This document shows, one piece after another, positions 43,743 through 52,603 of a stretch of 64,000 bases of DNA. Source of the stretch: an uncultured Candidatus Poseidoniales archaeon (lineage in GTDB: Archaea > Thermoplasmatota > Poseidoniia > Poseidoniales > Thalassarchaeaceae). A program made the position numbers and the translations under genes. The stretch covers positions 19,316 through 83,315 of the forward strand of contig CACJKA010000001.1 of NCBI GenBank assembly GCA_902593945.1, written 5' to 3'. The notes below the pieces were generated by a model. It was not told the DNA's origin. It saw only the letters and a program-made list of their open reading frames with translations, and searched no databases. How positions within the stretch are numbered: position 1 is the first letter of the stretch; every line of letters starts with the position of its first letter.

Positions 43743-44915
43743 ATGTCAGGATACCTCGACCGCATAGGCGCCGGGAAAGTCTTGGTAAATAGAGAACCTT
43801 TTTCTTTTGATTGGACACCAGATCACCTAGTAGGAAGAGATAGAGAACTTACTGAATTAGCCAGTTTATTCACTCATGTAGAAAACCATAACTCAAGTTG
43901 TAGAGCTGTAATTACTGGACCAGTTGGCTCAGGTAAGACAGTTCTAACAAGACGTTTCGGACATGATTTGTTAAGCCACCTTGAAGGGAAAAGGAAGGTT
44001 GTCTTAGCACATGTAAATTGTAGAAATCATCCCTCTACATCACAAGTATTGCAGCGAATTGCTTTAACCTTGGACTCTGGCCATCCTGAAAGAGGACTTA
44101 GTTCAGGAGAAATAATACAGTCAATTAGAAGGAATCTACTTTCACACAACAGTCATCTTTTATTAGTTCTTGACGAAGTTGATTTGTTAATTAGAAGAGA
44201 TAATTCGGATTTGATATACAAACTCCTCAGAATCGATGAAGGACAAGAAAAACAAGGATCTATATCATTAATCTTAGTTAGTCAAGATTCTATGCTATTG
44301 AAATTATTCGAGCCAGCCATAATATCTAGATTAGGGGCAAGTAACATTCTAAAAATGAGCCCTTATGATAAAAAAGGACTAACGGATATTGCAAGGCAAA
44401 GAGCAGATATAGCCTGCAGAAATGGTTCAATAAGTGAGAAAGTTCTAGAAAAAATAGGATTTATGGCTGCAGAATCCGGAGATGCTAGATTAGCAATTGA
44501 ACTACTTGATTCATCAATAAGAAGAGCTGAATCAGCAGGCAGAGGTGAAGTTCTGATTGAAGATATCGAACAAAGTTCGGAAAGAGTTGCTGCAATAGAG
44601 CCTAGTCAAGTGGATGTGCTATCAAAAGATCAGAAATTGATAATGCTTGGACTTTGTAGAAGATTGAAAAAGGAAGCAGAAATAAATACTGGAGATGCTG
44701 AAAAACTTTACAAAATTGTTTGTGAAGAATATGAAACTAAACCAAGAAGTTATACTACGTTTTGGAAGCATTTGAAATTTCTAGAAAATCAGGGGTTAAT
44801 TGAAACTAGAAGTAGTAAATCAAATGTCGGAAGAGGAAGAACCCAATATATAACAATGAACAAAGTAGCACCCGCAAATTTAGCAAATAGAATTGAGAAA
44901 GAATTACAAAGATGA
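43743..44915 (+). CDS. cdc6: Orc1/Cdc6 replication initiator
   Basis: DWTPDHLVGRDRE, GPVGSGKT, VNC, VLDEVD, SRL, GDARLAI, C-terminal wHTH ending GRGRT. Confidence 0.93.
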   Translation: MSGYLDRIGAGKVLVNREPFSFDWTPDHLVGRDRELTELASLFTHVENHNSSCRAVITGPVGSGKTVLTRRFGHDLLSHLEGKRKVVLAHVNCRNHPSTSQVLQRIALTLDSGHPERGLSSGEIIQSIRRNLLSHNSHLLLVLDEVDLLIRRDNSDLIYKLLRIDEGQEKQGSISLILVSQDSMLLKLFEPAIISRLGASNILKMSPYDKKGLTDIARQRADIACRNGSISEKVLEKIGFMAAESGDARLAIELLDSSIRRAESAGRGEVLIEDIEQSSERVAAIEPSQVDVLSKDQKLIMLGLCRRLKKEAEINTGDAEKLYKIVCEEYETKPRSYTTFWKHLKFLENQGLIETRSSKSNVGRGRTQYITMNKVAPANLANRIEKELQR

Positions 44916-44990
44916 TTATTCAATTTGAAATCGTCTTCCGAACCGCTCTTATAGGGGTCGTATGTCGGCAAGTCGTCTAAGGTGAGTAAA

Positions 44991-45452
44991 ATGGCAGGTG
45001 AGCAATCTTTCAAGGCTGTAATCAATGATACTAAGCCGAGTGCCAAAGGCCGTTCATTCTCGGTAGAAATTACTGGATCTAACTTCAATCATTTCTTAGG
45101 GAAAAAAATTGGAGACTCAGTAGAAGGTATGTTTGTAGGAGAAGGTGACCAAACATTGAATGGATACAAACTTCAAATTACAGGTGGATCTGATAAAACA
45201 GGCCGACCTATGCGTTCTGAGTTAGAAGGTGGTAATGTTAAATCAGTACTTATTACTGCAGGAACTGGTTACAAAGGTAAGCGCTATGTTAAGAAAAACT
45301 CTAAAATTTATCGTTACAAATATGATGGTTTGCGTCGACGTAGAAACCTAAGAGGAAATACCATTAGCACAGATACTCGACAACTTAATCTTAAGGTTCT
45401 AGAATATGGTAAGAAATCTCTAGGTTCTATCCTTGGCGATGAAGAGGAGTGA
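44991..45452 (+). CDS. rps6e: 30S ribosomal protein eS6
   Basis: GKKIGD, LQITGGSDKTGRPM, GLRRRRNLRGNTI, QLNLK. Confidence 0.94.
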   Translation: MAGEQSFKAVINDTKPSAKGRSFSVEITGSNFNHFLGKKIGDSVEGMFVGEGDQTLNGYKLQITGGSDKTGRPMRSELEGGNVKSVLITAGTGYKGKRYVKKNSKIYRYKYDGLRRRRNLRGNTISTDTRQLNLKVLEYGKKSLGSILGDEEE

Positions 45453-45462
45453 ATCGTAGGGG

Positions 45463-46707
45463 ATGATGCTTCTGGCTGAAAGTAAAAGACAGCCGGAGGT
45501 AAATATTGGGATGGTCGGACACGTCGACCATGGTAAGACAACTTTGACTAAAGCCCTCTCTGGAACTTGGACAGATACCCATTCTGAAGAAAGAAAAAGA
45601 GGAATAAGTATCAAACTTGGATACGCAGATACTACATTCTATTGTACTGAAGAAGGAAATTATTACGCTAAGGGAAAACATCCTGAAGGGAAAAAGGACG
45701 TAAAAAAAGAATTATTGAGAGTTGTTTCTTTCGTTGATGCACCTGGTCACGAAACTCTGATGGCTGTTATGATTTCAGGTGCATCGATAATGGATGGGGC
45801 ATTATTACTAATTTCTGCAACTGAAAAATGCCCTCAACCACAAACAAGGGAACACTTAGCAGCTTTACAGATTGCTGGAATAAAAAATATCGTTATTGTA
45901 CAAAATAAAATCGATTTAGTTTCTAAAGAAAGAGCTATAGAATCTTTCAATGAAATCAAACAATTTGTGGAGGGAACACTAGCAGAAAATGCACCGATAA
46001 TACCTATTTCTGCACAGCAGGACGTAAATCTTGATGTTTTAATTCAAGCAATCGAACATACAATCCCCACTCCAGATAGAACAAAAGAAGATGCAGGACT
46101 AATGTATGTTGCAAGATCTTTTGATACAAACAGACCTGGTGCTCGTCCAAAAGATCTTTCGGGTGGAATAATTGGTGGCAGCATCGTTGAAGGATCTTTT
46201 TCAGTTGGCGATAAAATTACCATTGCACCAGGAAGAAGAATTCAAGTAGGCAATAAAACTCGTTGGGAGCCCTTAGATACACATATCGAGAGTATTAAGG
46301 GTGGAGGATTGAATCTAGAAACCGCTCATGCGGGCGGTTTATGTGGCATTGCTACTCCATTAGATCCAGTTACAACTAAGGCGGATGAGTTATCTGGACA
46401 AGTGATGGCAAAACAAGGTGAACTACCTCCAATTTGGGATACTCTAGAACTAGATTTGGAACTATTAGAGAAAATGGTGGCGGGAGCAGAGGGGGATTCT
46501 GATCCTGTTCGTCCACTGTCGATGAATGAGATGTTAATGATTAATTCAGCCACGGCTACTTCAGTCGGAACTGTAACCAAAAAAGGTAAAATTTCGAAAA
46601 TTGCTCTCAGGCTACCAATTTGTGCTAAAGTTGGTAGTAGAATTACACTATCGAGAAGAGTTGGTTCCAGATGGCGTTTGATAGGCCATGGGACAATTGT
46701 GGGGTGA
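45463..46707 (+). CDS. eif2g: Translation initiation factor aIF2 subunit gamma
   Basis: QPEVNIGMVGHVDHGKT, RGISIKLGY, DAPGHE, PQPQTREH, NKID, WRLIGHG. Confidence 0.96.
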   Translation: MMLLAESKRQPEVNIGMVGHVDHGKTTLTKALSGTWTDTHSEERKRGISIKLGYADTTFYCTEEGNYYAKGKHPEGKKDVKKELLRVVSFVDAPGHETLMAVMISGASIMDGALLLISATEKCPQPQTREHLAALQIAGIKNIVIVQNKIDLVSKERAIESFNEIKQFVEGTLAENAPIIPISAQQDVNLDVLIQAIEHTIPTPDRTKEDAGLMYVARSFDTNRPGARPKDLSGGIIGGSIVEGSFSVGDKITIAPGRRIQVGNKTRWEPLDTHIESIKGGGLNLETAHAGGLCGIATPLDPVTTKADELSGQVMAKQGELPPIWDTLELDLELLEKMVAGAEGDSDPVRPLSMNEMLMINSATATSVGTVTKKGKISKIALRLPICAKVGSRITLSRRVGSRWRLIGHGTIVG

Positions 46708-46713
46708 ATCAAC

Positions 46714-47082
46714 TTGGACTGCGTCCTAATAGACGCTTGTGGATGGGCAGCGTTAATTGATGCTGAACTAAACATAGATATCTCTATGAGTAAAATTATA
46801 GGGAAACCTAGATACCTATTATTAGAAAAGGTCAAACAAGAATTAGAATCATTATCGAAACAAAGAAAAGGACTTTTATTGAATTTATTAGATAAGAAGT
46901 CGGAATTAATCAAAGCACCTATGGGATTAAGGCATACAGACCAGATGTTACTAGAATTATCTCGAGAAAACGGATGGCCGGTATTAACAGTAGATAGAAG
47001 ATTAAAAGAGAGATTGATTAATACTGGTGGATCGTATATTGAAGTAACTTCAAAAAATGTATTAAGATTGATACAGAATTAA
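46714..47082 (+). CDS. PIN-domain protein (Fcf1-like)
   Basis: VLIDA, EL, D..LL, VLTVDRRLKER; usual position after aIF2-gamma. Confidence 0.8.
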   Translation: MDCVLIDACGWAALIDAELNIDISMSKIIGKPRYLLLEKVKQELESLSKQRKGLLLNLLDKKSELIKAPMGLRHTDQMLLELSRENGWPVLTVDRRLKERLINTGGSYIEVTSKNVLRLIQN

Positions 47083-47375
47083 GGTAAAGTAAACAATCTG
47101 TCATCTCCATGGCCATCGAGTAAACCAATTCTAACAGCAGCATCAATCCATGCATGGGCATAATTAATTGCGCCAAATGCACGTACTAGATCCCCATTAT
47201 TCATGAAGTAAAGTGCATCTTTCTGATAATCATCACACATTCTAAGCATTGCTTTAAGCCTGTTTTCATCTTCTGTATTTTTAGTAATAGAAGTTGCTTT
47301 CATTCTTGCTTCAGCGGTTAAATCGAGATATTTTTGGACTTTTTCCTTAGACACGATGTTTCCATTATCAGACAT
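47079..47375 (-). CDS. DUF357 family protein
   Basis: YQKDALYF...GDLVRAFGAINYAHAWIDAAVRIG. Confidence 0.85.
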   Translation of the reverse strand: MSDNGNIVSKEKVQKYLDLTAEARMKATSITKNTEDENRLKAMLRMCDDYQKDALYFMNNGDLVRAFGAINYAHAWIDAAVRIGLLDGHGDDRLFTLP

Positions 47376-47384
47376 AATTACTCC

Positions 47385-49319
47385 TCAAAATTCATTTGCG
47401 GCCGCCTCGCTTAATTTGAATAAGCGAGTCCTGCCTTGTTTTCTAACTGATAACATGCCTGATTTCTGAAGACTGTTATATAATTGAGAAAGGCGAGGAC
47501 GGCCGACTTCTAATCTAGCCTGTAGTTCATCATCAGAGGGAGAAATTTCTCTAATTGAAGCTACTTCTAGAATCATTCTCTCAGCATCAGAGAGTGAGTA
47601 AAATCTATTCACATCCAATTCCCTATCATCTTCCCAAATTGGAGAAAATCTTGATTTTTTAGTAGGGAAATCATTAATCATAGAGGTGTCTTTCTCTTTT
47701 GGGAAGATTGGAACAGATTCTACTAATTCAACTGTATCCTGAATTTCTGGTTCTTCGAAAATAATTTCTTCAATTTCTGATTCTTGAGACATGGGTTCCT
47801 CTATAAAAGATTCATTATTTGGAAGAGAATCATTTGACGCTGATGGATTTTTTGTCATTTTTGGTACAGTAGACTGGTACGAAGGTTCAACTGACCATTC
47901 GGCTCCTTCGATGCTATCTACTATTTCATAATCAATTGACTGGATATTTTGATCCATTCTCGCTTCGGAAACTATTGGTTCATCGATTTCATTTTTATTT
48001 TTAATTTTGAACGTCTCACGGCCGACATAATTGTCTAAAGTTGATTGTGAAGGTTCTTCATCTGCATAAGTAATTGGAACATGAGGAGAAATGTCATCTT
48101 CCATACCATAAGTGGCTTTTTGTGACCTCTTTCTAAGGGATCCAAATTTCTTACTTATTGTAACGGGAGATGGTTGTGGCATTCTCTCAGGGGGTTCGGT
48201 ACCAGGTGACATGAACAATTCTGTCTCATCAGGGATATTGTCTTCTTCTATTGTATTAGTTTCTTCATCAATTAAGTCATTTTTAATTTCGGAGAAATTA
48301 TCTTGCCATATTGGCTTTTCCTCATCGGTTATTTCATCATCTTCTTCAGAGAAGTTATCAATTAATAAAGGGGTTTCTTCGTCATCAAAATCCCGCAAAT
48401 CTGATGGTTCCTCATCAATCAATTCGTCGTTCTCAAGTTCGTTATCAATAATTTCGGAGACAGGAATATTAGGTTCATAATTATCATTACTAATATTGTT
48501 TTCAGCATAGACTTTTTCATCAATAACAGGCGTCTTTAGCGCTTGGAAAGACATGAGATTTTCCAGCGTTCCTTGATATCCAAGATCTCTCTTTTCATCC
48601 ACTAAACACTTCAGAATTCTTATAGTATCTCTAGGATTACCTCCTGTTCTTTCGTGTATTGAATTAAGAATCATTGGATTAATAATCCACTTCTCCTTAG
48701 ATTTGAGCCTCATCCGGTTATTCACCATTTCTTGTATCTCAATTTTTGTGAAATTATCTAACCTATCTGGTTCATCAAAAAGGTTTCTCATTTCTTCGTT
48801 AAGTTCTAAATACTGAGATTCGGTCAAACTTACAATTACCATTGTTCGAAGTCTAGAGAGAATTGGGCAGATTCTAGATAAGAAAGAATTTATTTCGATT
48901 ATTTGAGGAGGGTAATCTAAAGCTATAATTGGTAAAGGCCCTTTATCTTCATCGAACAAAGAAATTAGTTTCTGAGATAATTGATTCATTGTACTTATTG
49001 ATTGGAATGTTCCGAAATGGGTTAATATTTCATGTAGTACTAACTTTGCTTGATCGCCCTCTTCAGATAAAAACTGACCAATATATTTTTTTGGAGTTTG
49101 GGAAGAAATCGCATTGATCATTGAAGTCCTACCTGAGCCGGATTCGCCAACTAATAGAATCATCCTAGGTGAGCCAGAAAGAATATGTTCTCTCCATCGA
49201 TGGAGTATTTCTTTTCGTCCGACTAAATCATGAGCTCTTGATGATTCAATGGGGCGGTTGTCAAAAGGATTTCCTCGTAAAGCAGGTAAGTCGATCAAAC
49301 TGGCCCCACCACCGTACAT
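47385..49319 (-). CDS. Uncharacterised AAA+-like ATPase (degenerate motifs) + acidic linker + C-terminal winged-helix domain
   Basis: NPF..P....LVGR, Walker A-like GESGSGRTS, Walker B-like IIALDYP, sensor-2-like TGGNPRD; about 300 aa D/E/P-rich linker; wHTH LSDAERMILE...LEVGRPRLSQLYNSLQKSGMLSVRKQGRTRLFKLS. Confidence 0.75.
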   Translation of the reverse strand: MYGGGASLIDLPALRGNPFDNRPIESSRAHDLVGRKEILHRWREHILSGSPRMILLVGESGSGRTSMINAISSQTPKKYIGQFLSEEGDQAKLVLHEILTHFGTFQSISTMNQLSQKLISLFDEDKGPLPIIALDYPPQIIEINSFLSRICPILSRLRTMVIVSLTESQYLELNEEMRNLFDEPDRLDNFTKIEIQEMVNNRMRLKSKEKWIINPMILNSIHERTGGNPRDTIRILKCLVDEKRDLGYQGTLENLMSFQALKTPVIDEKVYAENNISNDNYEPNIPVSEIIDNELENDELIDEEPSDLRDFDDEETPLLIDNFSEEDDEITDEEKPIWQDNFSEIKNDLIDEETNTIEEDNIPDETELFMSPGTEPPERMPQPSPVTISKKFGSLRKRSQKATYGMEDDISPHVPITYADEEPSQSTLDNYVGRETFKIKNKNEIDEPIVSEARMDQNIQSIDYEIVDSIEGAEWSVEPSYQSTVPKMTKNPSASNDSLPNNESFIEEPMSQESEIEEIIFEEPEIQDTVELVESVPIFPKEKDTSMINDFPTKKSRFSPIWEDDRELDVNRFYSLSDAERMILEVASIREISPSDDELQARLEVGRPRLSQLYNSLQKSGMLSVRKQGRTRLFKLSEAAANEF

Positions 49320-49360
49320 ATGTGCCGGTAAGTATACTAGTTCATAATATTCACGCTTAA

Positions 49361-49517
49361 TTACGCATGAAAAACGTTTTGTTAACGCTTTTTATCGACT
49401 ACTGAATTAAAAAACACAATTAAAATGCCAAAAATAGTACTTTAAGCCTATTTTATTAACGCTTTATTAACGCTTATTTAATGCGTTAACGATGCGTTAA
49501 CGACATAATTAACGCAT
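49361..49517. repeat. Array of TTAACG(C) direct and inverted repeats in an AT-rich divergent intergenic region
   Basis: TTAACG at 49382, 49456, 49467, 49486, 49497, 49509; tandem TTTATTAACGC x2 (49452-49473) and ATGCGTTAACG x2 (49481-49502); palindrome AAAACGTTTT at 49371-49380. Confidence 0.85.
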
Positions 49518-49667
49518 AAATTAGAGATAAAAATACTAAAATCCACATTATAGTAGAGAGAATATCTTAAGAAATCAAATCATAGAAGGTCATCTAATAA
49601 TATCAAGAAACATAAATAATCAGCAGATTCAGGAATTTTAAAGCAAAGACATTACAAACGATATGTC

Positions 49668-50981
49668 TTGGCAAAGAATGGTGAAGACATGCCAGTAGAC
49701 AACAGTCGATTGAAAGGATTTTACAAACTATCAGTACCAGAAAGAAGAGAGCATTTAGCACAACTTGCTGGGTTAACGCCCGAACAAGTAAATGCTTGGG
49801 CCGATGCAGAGTTATCAGAAGATGCTGCAGATAGAATGATTGAGAACGTTGTTGGTAGGTATTCGTTGCCAATTGGAGTGGCTACGAACTTCATAATTGA
49901 TGGAGAACATTACTTGATTCCTTTCGTAGTAGAAGAAGCAAGTGTAGTAGCTGCTGCATCAAACATGGCCAAAAGATGTCAATCGAAAGGAGGATTCACA
50001 TCAGACAATACTGATCCGATTATGATAGGGCAGATACAAATTGTAAATTGTGCTGACCCTGAAGCTTCAAAGAAATCTATCTTATCTTCTAAAGATGAAT
50101 TGATACAGTTGTGCAATGATGTCGACCCCATATTAGTTAAATTTGGAGGAGGGTGTAAAGATGTCGAAGTTAGGATTATCGAAACTATGTCAGGGCCGAT
50201 GGTGATTGTCCACATATTAGTAGACTGTAGAGATGCGATGGGTGCTAATGCTGTCAATACTATGGCAGAAACTATTGCCCCGAAAATAGAGTCATTATCG
50301 GGAGGTACTGTTATTCTCAGAATAATTAGTAATCTTGCAGTCCATAGGCTGGCTAGAGTTAGTGCAACATTTACTCCAGAAGAGATGTCCGACAATGGAG
50401 ATGCAAAACAAGGCTCTGAAGTAATAGATGGAGTGATACAAGCATACCATTTTGCTGCTGCAGATCCTTTCAGAGCGACTACACACAACAAAGGGATCAT
50501 GAATGCTATTTCACCTATAGCAATAGCATGTGGACAAGATTGGAGAGCTATTGAGTCCGGTGCACATTCATACTGCGCTCACGAAAAACAATACACATCA
50601 ATGACTCATTGGGAAAAAGATGAACAAGGAAACCTAGTAGGCAGTATAGAATGCCCGATGGCGGTCGGATTAGTTGGTGGAGCTGTAAGGATACATCCAG
50701 GAGCCCAAACTAATGTTGCACTCTTGGGAATAAAAAGTGCTGACGATTTAGCTAAAGTAATGGCGGCTGCAGGTATGGCGCAAAATCTAGGCGCGTTAAG
50801 AGCATTAGCAACTGTTGGAATACAGGCAGGACATATGAAACTACATTTGAAGAATATGATTAGTTCCGCTGGTGCAAAAGATAATGAAATTGATTTAGTA
50901 GCTAACATGGTGAAAGAAAGTGGTGAAAGAATTACAATGGCAGCTGTAGAAGATGCCCTGAAAACTATCAGAAATGAATAA
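49668..50981 (+). CDS. mvaA: Class II hydroxymethylglutaryl-CoA reductase
   Basis: SRLKGFYKLS, MIENVVG, EEASVVAAAS, DAMGANAVNT, RATTHNKGIMN, GIQAGHMKLH; start may be ATG at 49689. Confidence 0.93.
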   Translation: MAKNGEDMPVDNSRLKGFYKLSVPERREHLAQLAGLTPEQVNAWADAELSEDAADRMIENVVGRYSLPIGVATNFIIDGEHYLIPFVVEEASVVAAASNMAKRCQSKGGFTSDNTDPIMIGQIQIVNCADPEASKKSILSSKDELIQLCNDVDPILVKFGGGCKDVEVRIIETMSGPMVIVHILVDCRDAMGANAVNTMAETIAPKIESLSGGTVILRIISNLAVHRLARVSATFTPEEMSDNGDAKQGSEVIDGVIQAYHFAAADPFRATTHNKGIMNAISPIAIACGQDWRAIESGAHSYCAHEKQYTSMTHWEKDEQGNLVGSIECPMAVGLVGGAVRIHPGAQTNVALLGIKSADDLAKVMAAAGMAQNLGALRALATVGIQAGHMKLHLKNMISSAGAKDNEIDLVANMVKESGERITMAAVEDALKTIRNE

Positions 50982-50985
50982 AATT

Positions 50986-51597
50986 TTATTCATCTAAGTT
51001 ATTTATTTCATCTTCTCCGGTGAATTCAGTTATCGACATCTGTTCATCCGGGGCTAAAGAGGCTGCTAATTGGGCGCTTGTTAGACCTGCCTTTGCTGCT
51101 TCGGAACGAAACCATGTACGTACTGCACGGTAATCCACTTCTGGACAACCAAAATACTCAGCGAATCTTCTCGTAGTGGTAAGACGCCTTGTTAAACCAT
51201 CCCTACGCCGGTCAATTAAGCCTAAGTTTGCTAAATCTCTGACATGATCATAGGCTCTCTGACCTAACATTTCAACTAATTGAGACTGAGCCATTGGTTG
51301 ATGGTAAGCAATTAATGCAGCTGCTGGAAGAAGTCTTTGAGGAGTGTCTGGACGGAATGATTCGGGCAAAAATGGAGAAAGATTTGGGCGTACTTCGAAA
51401 ATCCAACGTCCAGAAACTTCTGTTAATTGTAATGCTGAATCTTGTCTTCTCTTTATTCTAGATTGTAATTCTTCTAAAGAAGATTGTACCTCTTCAATCG
51501 ATTTATCGACTGTCTGAGAAAGTTCATCAGTAGACATTGAACGACCCGAAGTAAACATTATTGCTTCAAGAATTACCGAAAGACTTGCCTCATTCAT
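50986..51597 (-). CDS. scpB: Segregation/condensation protein ScpB
   Basis: LEAIMF, IAYHQP, HVRDL..LGLI, TTRRFAEYFG. Confidence 0.9.
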   Translation of the reverse strand: MNEASLSVILEAIMFTSGRSMSTDELSQTVDKSIEEVQSSLEELQSRIKRRQDSALQLTEVSGRWIFEVRPNLSPFLPESFRPDTPQRLLPAAALIAYHQPMAQSQLVEMLGQRAYDHVRDLANLGLIDRRRDGLTRRLTTTRRFAEYFGCPEVDYRAVRTWFRSEAAKAGLTSAQLAASLAPDEQMSITEFTGEDEINNLDE

Positions 51598-52594
51598 TGA
51601 ATAATAAGCCCCCTGGAATTTTAGACTTAGGATTTATTCTGTTTGTTAAAGTAGAGAAATCATCGTCATCTAAGTGGAGATTTTTTAGAGATATATTTCC
51701 TTCATTGTCCTGAGATACCTCTGCATAACCTCTGTGTGTGAGGAACAAAGAAGAAACTAATGCTGTAACTTGCGCTTCTGATTCTGCCTCTTCCCGACTT
51801 ATTCCTGACCTGACCGAATTTTCTCTGAGAATATCCACTATTTCACTAAGATCTGTCGATTCTTTAGAAATTGTGCGGCTACGTAAAGCATCCCATGTTC
51901 TTTTGAGATCATCTTCGAGATTCTCAATATGCAAACTCCCTCCAAATCTCGCTCTTGCTTTCTCATTCGCCTCTCGCCGTTCTTTAGCGATTTGTTCCCT
52001 CATTCTTTGCTCTTCTGAGAGTCTACCTGCTGCTTGGAGACCCATTAAAAGTTCGCCTAAAGTAACTGGCCTCCCTTCTTCACGATGAATTCTGCCTTCA
52101 AACATACTGGGAAGTACTTCATCAGCTGCGCCAGTAAGTACTCCTACTGAGAAATTATAGTCCTCATCGGAAAACTCACTCTCCCATGTTTCTTCAAACT
52201 CCCATGTGTCGTTAATTTCTTCTTCGATGAGAGATCTTTCTTGCCTCTCAATAAGTGAACTTGCCTGGCCTCTGAGTATTGACCAGGCCATACGTACCAA
52301 ACGCCCACATGTTGGCAAATCAATATTTTCTGAATTATTTATTCTCTCTGTAAATAAATCTAAGAATACGGATAAATCAACATCCCATGGGTCTAAATCA
52401 CTATTTTGAAATAATTGAAAAACCAGTGCCACTGAACGATCGAATGGATCAATAAGAAATTGATGTTCTGCTTCTTCTACTCTCGATAATTCTACTAATC
52501 TATCGAGATAACGATTTGTTTCGAGATCTGTGTCACCTCCAAGCAATCGAGAAACTATATCATCCCTCATTGTAGAACCATCAAAAACAGACAA
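51590..52594 (-). CDS. scpA: Kleisin ScpA
   Basis: LDPWDVDL, DLPTCGRLVRMAW, RPVTLGELL, C-terminal SLFL; between smc and scpB. Confidence 0.88.
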   Translation of the reverse strand: MSVFDGSTMRDDIVSRLLGGDTDLETNRYLDRLVELSRVEEAEHQFLIDPFDRSVALVFQLFQNSDLDPWDVDLSVFLDLFTERINNSENIDLPTCGRLVRMAWSILRGQASSLIERQERSLIEEEINDTWEFEETWESEFSDEDYNFSVGVLTGAADEVLPSMFEGRIHREEGRPVTLGELLMGLQAAGRLSEEQRMREQIAKERREANEKARARFGGSLHIENLEDDLKRTWDALRSRTISKESTDLSEIVDILRENSVRSGISREEAESEAQVTALVSSLFLTHRGYAEVSQDNEGNISLKNLHLDDDDFSTLTNRINPKSKIPGGLLFNE

Positions 52595-52603
52595 TTAATT
52601 CCC

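Noticed and set aside
49361..49517. Repeat array as a CRISPR or microsatellite
   Set aside because: Units are 7-11 bp with no unique spacers and no cas genes; mixed orientations argue against simple slippage alone.
49603..49872. 89-aa minus-strand ORF near the repeat array
   Set aside because: Mostly antisense to mvaA, with no recognisable motif or start signal.
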